This document shows positions 1 to 9,163 of a DNA stretch of 32,000 nucleotides, piece after piece. Made by a program: the position numbers and the translations under genes. This DNA is from Amoeboradix gromovi X-113. Its lineage: Eukaryota; Fungi; Sanchytriomycota. Position 1 is the stretch's first letter, and each line of letters starts with the position of its first letter. A model generated the notes under the pieces. The model did no database searches. It worked only from the letters and a program-made list of their open reading frames with translations, and was not told where the DNA came from. The stretch is taken from NCBI GenBank assembly GCA_018985225.1, contig JADGIF010000010.1, positions 1 through 32,000 on the forward strand. Direction: 5' to 3'.

Positions 1-185
1 AGTCAATAGTTACCGTACAAATCTAAAATAAAGACTGGATGAAAGGGCAAAAGAATAGCTATACAGACTGTTTATTTTTGAAATTTGGATACATTTTGTT
101 TTGTCTAGTTTTTACAGAGCATGCCCCTGGGTGTTGTACTTTTTTGGGACATTTGTTTCAAAGAGTTTGTCCAGTTTCTTTGATA

Positions 186-440
186 ATGTCCCAAATGGAA
201 AACAATTCATTGCAGCAATCGGAAACTAATCTAGGGATCTTAGAGCCAGGGAGAGTTACGAACTCTGTCATAATATCTATGAACATCTCATTTTTATTGC
301 TGGAAGTGGTTCTCGCAACGCTTTCTCTCTATACAAGTGAAATTATAGTGTTTGTTTTGTTTTTCATTAACATTTTGCTGTGGTTTTCCCTGAACTTAAT
401 AATTATGAATATGAAAACATCTAAATTAAAAACTAAATAA
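186..440 (+). CDS. PKR1: V-ATPase assembly factor Pkr1-like ER membrane protein (84 aa)
   Basis: From the in-frame ATG at 186, the 39..440 ORF reads GILEPG-RVTNSVIISMNISFLLLEVVL...FVLFFINILLWFSLN. This fits the Pkr1 pattern (SIFxPG..., xNxSF, two TM helices ending LW). The upstream 49 codons look like a non-coding extension. Confidence 0.65.
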   Translation: MSQMENNSLQQSETNLGILEPGRVTNSVIISMNISFLLLEVVLATLSLYTSEIIVFVLFFINILLWFSLNLIIMNMKTSKLKTK

Positions 441-447
441 ATTTATT
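436..447. terminator. Palindromic AATAAATTTATT; candidate bidirectional polyadenylation signal at convergent PKR1/PUF ends
   Basis: AATAAA is present on both strands and overlaps the PKR1 stop. The identical 12-mer recurs at 24832-24843. Confidence 0.5.
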
Positions 448-453
448 AAGCAT

Positions 454-1654
454 TTAACAGGCCAATTTCTTCTTTTTTAATCTTGAAATTTTGTTCAACA
501 CATTTCTACCCTAAATTAATTTGGATTACAAATGGAGTCATTTTCAACTCGTTCTCTGAATTTAACAGTACGTTTGACATAGTAATGAACGAGTTTCTGT
601 TTGCATATTCCAGCGAGGTTTGTAACACATAATTTCCGAAAGGATCTAGCGCCAGTTCGTTCGCGCTTTGCTTTAGTTCATCAATAAGTATATTTCTCAG
701 CATTGGACTCGAGTATTTAATAGCTTTTTCAATTACATTAGATGCACACTGGTCTTGACATAAACGATGAAGCTCAGGTACGAACATCATGATCCATTCT
801 TCAACAATAGGCTTTGTAGCCTTATCCAATACATATTGCACCAAGTAGTTTGCAAATTTATCGGTTATCATGTTCATTGCTCGGGGTTTCAAATGCTGGT
901 AGAACACTTGTCTTGTTTGCTCACTAGCAGTATCCAAGGCATTCTGAATAACACATACCCCATACTTGTCTTTGCTAAAAGTGTCCAAATTTTCCAAAAA
1001 CGCTTGATAAATGCAGGAAGAATAGTTAAATGGAAAATGTTGCACAACTTTACGTAAAACATGATTTCCATTATTGTGGCGCATCATTTGGCCTAGATGA
1101 TTCATGCAGTTCTCAACAAAGGACTTGTATTGACTTGAATCAGTCAGAAACTCGGCCATTCTTTGAGCAACTCTAGTTCCATGCGGGTGATTAACAATGC
1201 CAATCCAATTAGAAGTCATCTTAAACAGCATGCTACCTAGCTGTTGCGTACTAGCTTGCTCTACTAATGCTTGGCAGAGATAATTGCCGGCTGGATCTAC
1301 TGCAATTGCATTAAAATTAGGCAGTACCTGATGGAGGATGGTTGTAAATAAACGTGGGTCTTGCTCTAACTTGTGAGCGAGTTGACGATAATTGCTTTTC
1401 TTTGCATTTATAGAACTAGGCGCAGTACAACCAGTAGAAGAGTAGGTGCTTGAATTTGTATAACTACTTCCCAAGACTGAAGACGTTTGAGACAATGGTG
1501 ATGTGGATTTTGGTGATAAAGGCGAGTATTCTTTGCTTGTATCAATACTTAAAAAATTGTCAAGGGCATATTTGCGTGGACCTGGAGCTAAGTCTTTTGA
1601 GAAATACTCATTATCTTGACAAAAAGGTGATTGGTGTGAGTAAATCGAGAACAT
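454..1654 (-). CDS. Pumilio/Puf RNA-binding protein, Puf4-like; 2 exons (1654-530, 510-454), 393 aa
   Basis: Puf repeats GNYLCQ, GTRVAQ, GNHVLR, GVCVIQ, ANYLVQ, ASNVIE, GNYVLQ follow the Puf4-type order. Removing 511-529 gives the terminal TPFGRNVLNKI (cf. TPYGKRILxKL), with the stop at 454-456. Confidence 0.9.
511..529 (-). other. 19-nt spliceosomal intron GTAATCCAAATTAATTTAG (phase 0)
   Basis: GT..AG ends; splicing restores the conserved Puf C-terminal motif and frame. Confidence 0.85.
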
Positions 1655-2613
1655 AATCGTTTCCGAGGGTATTCGTTCTATTTAAAACAACTCTAAAATA
1701 TAGATGGCGGAATTCATGTTCAAACTATCAATTTGGAAACCAATTAACTCTCCAGCATATTGCATAATAGCTTTTGGATCGAAAATTAGTCCGAAAATTC
1801 ACATCTAATTGCGCCATAAAAGACTTTTTGAATCTTTAAATTCAATGAACGAAGGAAATTCTTAGACACTGAACAAAAAAATGAAAATGCTAAAAACCAA
1901 CATGTTCTGGTACAATATGGCACTGCGAAGAGAGCGTACCCCGAGAATAGAAATTCGTTGACGCCAAAATGGAACGGAGTTTGAGAGAATAGCCTCAATA
2001 CAACTCAGTGACTCATGCCAGAATACAAGATAGTTTTGACCAACTTGTTTTTTCACGCGTAGCCAAATATATTATGGAGAGCATTATCTATGTTTAAAGT
2101 ACTGTTGCCTTCCTTATCAAAAGTTCTGCTACAGTCTTTATAAGTCTGAAATCGTTGATTAGTGTGAAATGCAATAAACTTTCTATTAGCTACTTTCGGA
2201 TATCCTCTAACATGAATATGTAAACCGTGTCCCCAATTCTTATTTTATTTTTCATCTCTTCTCTTCGTATCGTCGAGGCATAAATTCGTAACGCTATCAT
2301 TGCTATGTACACTTCATTCAATGAGGATGTAGATATTACCGTATTCAAAGATTTAAGAAGTGCTGAAGAAACAAGAACAATAGTCATTTAATTATTATAG
2401 TTTATTGTTGCATAATTAAATAAAGGGGATGTCAGTTAACTCTATCTAACGCCTACGGTTCTGGGTCATATACGGGACCATGCTCAAAGACAATGCCTCA
2501 TGAAATTGAACATAATTTATTGAGCTATTTCTAGGTAAATTTGACTGCCTTCCAAACATAATGTTTAGAATAAAAACTATTTTTAAAGTAGCCCTGTTTC
2601 ATAATTGATTGGT

Positions 2614-3741
2614 ATGAGTGATTCATTTTCATCGCAACCGCCAGGTACACAAAGATTTGGAATTGAAATTCCAATTAAACTTAATGAGCTTATTTCATTC
2701 ATGGAGGAAAGGTTAAAGTGCTGTATCTGCTTATGTAATTTAGCTGAACCAGTAAGATTGCCTTGCAACCATATATACTGTCAAGAATGCTTAAAATCCG
2801 CGATAAAACACAGCAAATGCTGTCCAGAATGTAGAAGTAAATTTGTTCCCCGGCAGGCAAAAGTATTATCTACTCTTGGTAATCTAAGTAATGATTTAAC
2901 AAATTTACTCCCCAAGTTGCAAGAATTTGCTGATTCAAAAATGCGTGGTACTCACAATTTAACTCAATCTATTGATAACGAGGAATCTACTCTTAGCTCC
3001 ACAAATCTAGTTCAGGAAATTTCTGATGCTGCATGTGATAATCAGAGCACTTCATTGATTACGATGATATTGGACCCTGAAAACGCTGTCAAGGACAGCC
3101 CAGAGCTCTGCAATAAAGAGAATGTTGATTTTAAATCTTCTCCACCGCCGCAGCATAACTCACATTCTTCCAAGGAGTCTTTTAAAAGGACTGTGAGTTT
3201 TACTGAGGATGCCATCCAAATAATGGACATGAACACTGATGACATGCTAAACAATCCTGAAATTTTGGGCGAACTGGACAATTTAATCAAATATGCGGAA
3301 AAAAAACCAAAAACAGATGTTCCGACTGACGACCTGTTTGATGAACTAAGTTTTAGTCCATGTGTATATTTACATGAATCGCTAAGGGAAATTGATTTGC
3401 CAATTCAACATGAAACGGAACTGGCAATAGTTGACCATGTTGTGATACCATCTGATAGCAATACTTATTTGTTAGAATCTCTTTTGGCGTTTGTAAACAA
3501 GTGCTTCTTAATCAAATATGTTTCAGGTGATATAAACTTGCAGAATAAGACTAGTACTCTAAAGCTTCAATCGATGAATGGCAAAGTAATAGTATATCCA
3601 TATAAGAACAGTTTATTATCGTACATTATAGAAGCTCAAGGCGGGTTAGTACTGGATCATTATCCGCATGATAAAATAGCAAAGCGATTTGATGTCGTTC
3701 AAATTAGTGAGCTGTCAGAAATTCAGCAATTTACAGAGTAA
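2614..3741 (+). CDS. C3HC4 RING E3 ligase with degenerate C-terminal BRCT-like region (BRCA1/BARD1-like)
   Basis: RING: CCIC..EPVRLPCNHIYCQEC...CPEC. C-terminal VDHVVI...LESLLAFVNKCFLIK and LSYIIEAQGGLVL resemble tandem BRCT elements. First ATG is at 2614; the ORF track starts at TTG 2605. Confidence 0.75.
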   Translation: MSDSFSSQPPGTQRFGIEIPIKLNELISFMEERLKCCICLCNLAEPVRLPCNHIYCQECLKSAIKHSKCCPECRSKFVPRQAKVLSTLGNLSNDLTNLLPKLQEFADSKMRGTHNLTQSIDNEESTLSSTNLVQEISDAACDNQSTSLITMILDPENAVKDSPELCNKENVDFKSSPPPQHNSHSSKESFKRTVSFTEDAIQIMDMNTDDMLNNPEILGELDNLIKYAEKKPKTDVPTDDLFDELSFSPCVYLHESLREIDLPIQHETELAIVDHVVIPSDSNTYLLESLLAFVNKCFLIKYVSGDINLQNKTSTLKLQSMNGKVIVYPYKNSLLSYIIEAQGGLVLDHYPHDKIAKRFDVVQISELSEIQQFTE

Positions 3742-3938
3742 ATTCATATTCTTTTCCCTTACGTATTATCCGGTACATAACTTGTTATTAATCTTGCGGG
3801 ATCAATAGTTGAAATTTCTGGATCAGATTTTTGCATTCTATATCGCAAATGCTATACAGCCCAAATATGCCATTAGACCATTGAACTTTTAGACTAGTTA
3901 ACTTTTTAAATTGATGCTCGTTTAGTTTTTGAAACCTC

Positions 3939-6900
3939 ATGTCGCAGCCGATCTCGCTTCAACAAATTTTAAATTTGACTGGTATACCACCAGCTAGTAT
4001 CGCATTCACCACTATTTCCCTTAGTAGCCATACAATATGCGTTCGTGATCAATCCCAAGTCCATCTACTTGGCTTGAACGGATCTAAACAAAGTAAGGCA
4101 ATCACTGCTCAGTCGTGTCTAATTCACCCTACTCAACTCATTTTAGCCTTAAGGAATGATAACATATGCCAGGTTGTTGATTTAGATAAGAAAGAGAAAG
4201 TTGCCAGCACCACATTGGATGTTCAATATTGGGAATATGTAAATGAGGATATCGCTTGTGTAACAACAACTGTTGTTTATATGTGGAACAAAGATCTGGT
4301 GAAGGTGTTTGAGAAGCAACCTCAATTGCAAAATTGTCAGTACATTAGTTTTAAGCGCAATGCTAGTAAGAAATGGATGTGTTTAGTTGGTTTAAATGCT
4401 AGTGACGGTACAATTAAAGGCGTTATGCAGCTGTACAATACCGATAAAAATGTATCTCAAGTAATTGAAGGGTTTTGTTGTACTTTCACTCAACTTGGCC
4501 AATGGGATTTATTTGCTTTTGTTACAAAAATCAACAACGCTCTCAAAGTACATGTAATTGAAATCGATCACACTGACGGTCCACTGTTTGGAAAGAAACA
4601 AGTTGATGTTCCTATTTCTGACCCTAATGATTTTCCTATTGGTTGCCAAGCATTGAATGGCTTGTTGTATGTATTTAGTAAGATGGGCCAATTCTACTTG
4701 ATTGATATTGAAACTGCTCAACTGCTCTATATTAACTCGATGAGTGGTGGTACTGTATTCTCGACCCTACTGCTTAGCGATGGAGTATTAGGTGTGAATC
4801 GTAGTGGTCAAGTTCTCAAAGTCCAATTGAACGAAGATCAGTGTATAAACTACATTCTGGAGAAATTTGGACCTGATCTTGCGCTATCGATCGCAAAGCG
4901 CTGTAACCTACCAGGTGCTGAAGATTTGTATGTTAAGAAATACCAGCAGCTATTACAGCAGTCCAATTTTCTTGAAGCGGCAAAACATGCTGCTTTGTCA
5001 CCCAAGGGCCTTTTAAGAACTCCTGCTACCATTAACCAATTACGCAATCTTACTTCCCCAAACGGCAATCCTCTATTGACATATTTTGGCACTTTACTAG
5101 AAAGCCAAACCCAGTTAAATCAGATGGAATCTATAGAACTTTGTCAGCGTATTTTGGCCCAAAGCAAGAAACAGTTATTAGAGAAATGGCTTAAAGAAGA
5201 TTTGCTAACTTGTACTGAACAATTGGGTGACTTGGTACACCAGCAGGATAGCCTACTGGCTCTGTCTATATATCTTAGATGTAATTCAAGTGACAAAGCT
5301 ATTTTATGCTTTGCTGAAACTGGCCAATTTGACAAAATCATATTATATTGCCGCAAGTTAAATATTACACCAAACTATCAAATGCTGCTATCTCAAGTAG
5401 TTAAAGTAGATCCTGATAAGGCTGCACAATTCGCTAAGCAACTTGCTAATGATCCTGATATACATTTGGCTGTTGAGCCTATTGTTGATGTATTCATGTC
5501 TGCTAATCTCTTCCAACAGGCTACCGCTTTCATGTTAGAAGCTCTTAAGGACGATTCTGCTAACGATGGACCTTTGCAAACCAAATTATTGGAGATGAAT
5601 TTGATTCATGCTCCTCAGGTCGCTGATGCCATTCTTGGTAATGATATGTTCCACTACTATGATAAGCAATATATTGCTTCTTTATGCGACAAAGCAGGTT
5701 TATATCAACGAGCTTTGGAGCATTACGACGACATTGCTGATATCAAACGTGTTTTGTTGCATGCCCCATTGGGATCTGAATGGGTTATCAACTATTTTGG
5801 TAGGTTATCTGTTGAGCAGAGTTTGGAGTGTTTAACTAGTATGATTACTGTTAAGTCTCAGCTGCAACTGGTTGTGCAAATCGCTACTCGCTATCACGAT
5901 CAGTTAAACGCTTCCAACTTGATTAAACTATTTGAGGATGCTAAGTCGTTTGAAGGTCTGTATTACTTTCTCTCCGGCATTGTTAATTTTACTACTGACA
6001 AACTAGTTGTGTACAAATACATTCAAGCTGCTTGCAAGATTCAGCAGTACAAGGAAGTAGAACGTATTTGTAAAGAATCCAATTACTATGATCCAGAGCG
6101 TGTTGTTATGCTTTTAAAGGAGTGTAAATTACCTGACCAGCTGGCCCTTGTCATAGTTTGTGATAGGTTTGATTTAATTCATGATTTAATCCTTTATTTG
6201 TATTCGAATCAGCAATATAAAACAATCGAGTTGTATTGCACCAAGGTCAATCAGCAGCGTATTCCTCTAGTCATTGGTGCTTTGTTGGACGTAGATTGCG
6301 ATGAAGCATTTATTAAACAGTTGCTAAACATCCCTGCGGATTACCCAATTAACCAGCTCTCATCGGAATTAGAAAAGAGAAATAGGTTGAAATTGATGCT
6401 GGTGTTGTTAGAGAACAAAGTCAAGAACAACAGTCAATCTGAAGATGTTCACAATGCTCTAGCCAAGATATATATTGATATTAACAACAACCCTGATCAA
6501 TTTCTTATGCAAAACAAGTTTTATAATCCTCTTTTAATTGGGCAGTATTGCGAACAACGAGATCCACTATTGGCCTTGATTGCTTATGAACAAGGTAAAT
6601 GTGATTTGGAGTATATCAAAGTCGCTCACGACAACCAAATGTACAAACATTTAGCTAGATATCTTTGCAATAGAAAGGATGCGGAACTATGGAACCATTC
6701 TCTGCAGATGGAGAACAAGCAGTTGCTAATCAACCAAGTGGTTAGTGTAGCCTTACCAGAAACCACTAACAGCGATGTTGTATCCACTTGTGTTAAAGCA
6801 TTTATGGCCAACGATTTGCAGCATGAACTAGTTGAGTTGCTAGACAAGCTGATTATGACCACTGACGGGATATTTAGTAATAATAAGAACCTGCAAAATT

Positions 6901-8886
6901 TATTGTTGTTGACAGCTATAAAGGAGGAAAACAAAGATGGCAGGATTCTAAATTACATTCTCAAGCTTACGAATTATGATGCTCCAGACGTTGCTCAACT
7001 ATGCATCGATCATCAATTGTATTTGGAAGCATTTACCATTTATAACAAGTACGATCAACATGTACAAGCCATACAGACTTTAGTGCTCTACGATTATAAT
7101 AAAGCATTGGATTATGCTGCTTCTAATGACATCAAAGAGTGTTGGAGTATCATGGGTAATTACCAACTGAATGAAGTGATGATCAAAGAAGCCATTCAAT
7201 CGTATATCAAAGCAAATGACCCTACGAATTATGAGCAAATGATAGAGTTGGGAACCAGTAGCGGATACTACAAAGAACTAATTAGTTATCATAAAATGGC
7301 ATTGAACCATGCCCATTCTATTGACATAACTGCCATTCAATCCAGTTTGATATATTGCTATAGTAAATGTAGTATGCTAAGTGAGTTACAAGAATTGCTT
7401 TCTAACATCACTAATACAGCAATGACTAGCAGTGTTGGTGATTTGCTGTTCAACGAAAAGTGTTATGATGCATGTAAATTGATATTTCAATCTACAAGTA
7501 ACTACAGCAAATTGGCTACCACTCTAGTCTATCTGGAGGAGTATCAAACTGCTGTTGAATGTGCACGCAAAGCTAATAATATTGAATCCTATAAGCAGGT
7601 AACTTATGCATGTATCAAAGTTAAGGAGTATAGATTGGCTCAAACATGTGCATTGCAAGTGGTAGTACATGCTGATGAACTAAAAGAAATGATGAACTAT
7701 TATATCAGCAATGACTGTATCAGTGAGTTGATTCTGTTACTGCAGACATCCCTGTCTTTGGAACGTGCTCATATGCTATTGTTTACAGAATTAGCTATTC
7801 TGTACATTAAATACTCTCCTAATGAGCTGATGAACCATTTACAACTATTTTATAGTCGTATCAATATACCTACATTGATTAAACATGTTGTTGAATATCA
7901 GCTGTACAATGAGTTGGTGTTTCTCTGCATCCATTACGAAGATTACGAGACTGCAATTTCTACAATGATCAGTCATCCTAGCTCGTTTGACCACGTGTCT
8001 ATGAAGCAATGCGCTACTCATGTAAATCCTTTAAAAGCCATTAAATACTATTTGGAGTACCATCCTGAGCTTTTACAAGATTTTCTGAGCGCATCCCTGT
8101 CCACTTCAAATACTGTCATTGAATCAATTATTAGTCTATTCCAGCAGTCTGATAACCTTCCACTTATTAAGGACTACTTGCAGCAGCTACAGAAAATGAA
8201 TATTAAATGTATTAACGATGCTTTAAATGAGATTTACATAGAAGAAGAGGCATACGATATGTTGACACTGAGTATCAACGGGTTTAGCGAGTATACTAAC
8301 ATAGCCCACCAGTTGGCAAATCATGAATTGATTGAGTTTAGACGTATTAGCAGCTTGTTGTACATCAAAAACAAGAAATACAACAAGGCAATTGAGCTGT
8401 ACTTACAAAATGGACAGCACAGGGATGCTATTATGGCTGCTAACATGAGCATGGACGAAGTTGTAGTTAACGATTTATTGCAGTATTTTGTAAACAAAGA
8501 TAGAAGAGACTGTTTTGGTGCTACACTGTACGTATGCTATTCGTATATAATCATGGATAATGTTATGGAAATGAGCTGGAGAAAACAGTGGAATCATATT
8601 AGCATGCCATACATTATGCAAATAATGAGAGATCAAATGGTATTTGTAACTAATTTAGACACGGATTAAACAATTAGAAATGGATTCTAAAAAGGAGCCA
8701 GAGCCCGAAGTTAAAGTCCCATTAATGATCGGATACACTGGTTACCAACAGCAGCAGAATACTGGCTATCAACAGCAGCAGAATACTGGCTATCAGCAAC
8801 AGCAGAATACTGGTTACCAACAGCAGCAGAATACTGGTTATCAGCAACAGCAACCAGGATATGGACAAGGATTTTACAAACAGTAA
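3939..8886 (+). CDS. CHC1: Clathrin heavy chain; 2 exons (3939-8639, 8659-8886), ~1642 aa
   Basis: Conserved motifs GVMQLY, PKGLLRT, LEKWLKED, APQVADAILGN, LIHDLILYLY, NLQNLLLLTAIK, LERAHMLLFTELAILY, HELIEFRRI, MPYIMQIMR. Removing 8640-8658 joins M|TRIKQLEMDSKK in frame with the 8680..8886 ORF. Confidence 0.97.
8640..8658 (+). other. 19-nt spliceosomal intron GTATTTGTAACTAATTTAG (phase 0)
   Basis: GT..AG with a CTAAT branch motif next to the acceptor; splicing fuses the two clathrin ORFs in frame. Confidence 0.9.
8737..8856 (+). repeat. Five 24-nt coding tandem repeats (TGYQQQQN x4 + TGYQQQQP) in the clathrin tail
   Basis: Units start at 8737, 8761, 8785, 8809 and 8833 (actggYtaYcaRcaRcagcagaat); units 1-4 differ only at synonymous sites. 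Confidence 0.95.
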
Positions 8887-9033
8887 TTGATTTCAATGGA
8901 ATAAACATTTATCGTGATTACATAAATCTTACCTTTTCTGCAAGTCATATTTGATAAAGTTTCTAATTAGTTAAAACAGAGAACCATTAATTCTATTTTA
9001 TCGCTAATTTCTGAAACACATTCGTGTATTGGT

Positions 9034-9150
9034 ATGAAAGCATTTACTAGCCAACGCATGCAAGGTGTGAAATTTGAAGAAATCATTGTGGTTTCATTCT
9101 TAGTTCTCTGCGGAACTTCTCTATTTTCTAGGAAACCAGGTCTTGAATGA
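9034..9150 (+). CDS. Putative 38-aa single-TM microprotein, possibly RAMP4/Ysy6-like
   Basis: MKAFTSQRMQGVKFEEIIVVSFLVLCGTSLFSRKPGLE*. The stop is 13 nt from the LIG4 stop, like other convergent pairs here. Below the ORF-track size cutoff. Confidence 0.3.
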   Translation: MKAFTSQRMQGVKFEEIIVVSFLVLCGTSLFSRKPGLE

Positions 9151-9163
9151 ACAGTTCATAGAA

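Noticed and set aside
39-185. N-terminal 49 codons of the 39..440 ORF
   Set aside because: Pkr1 similarity begins only after the ATG at 186; the extension looks fortuitous.
2425-2553. Possible multi-stem ncRNA (GTCA/TGAC, GGTC/GACC, GCTCAA/TTGAGC)
   Set aside because: Stems are only 4-6 bp and no snRNA, SRP, RNase P or tRNA motif is recognisable; an Infernal/Rfam search would be needed.
3788-3940. 50-aa minus-strand ORF starting on the clathrin ATG
   Set aside because: No motif, and it occupies the clathrin promoter; likely chance.
8737-8856. Tandem repeat as a CRISPR-like array
   Set aside because: No spacers; in-frame coding repeat with synonymous variation in a eukaryotic gene.
8963-8984. 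22-nt GT..CTAATTAG on the minus strand as a further LIG4 intron
   Set aside because: No short-intron path links the LIG4 frame to this region, and splicing yields only KLYQI*.
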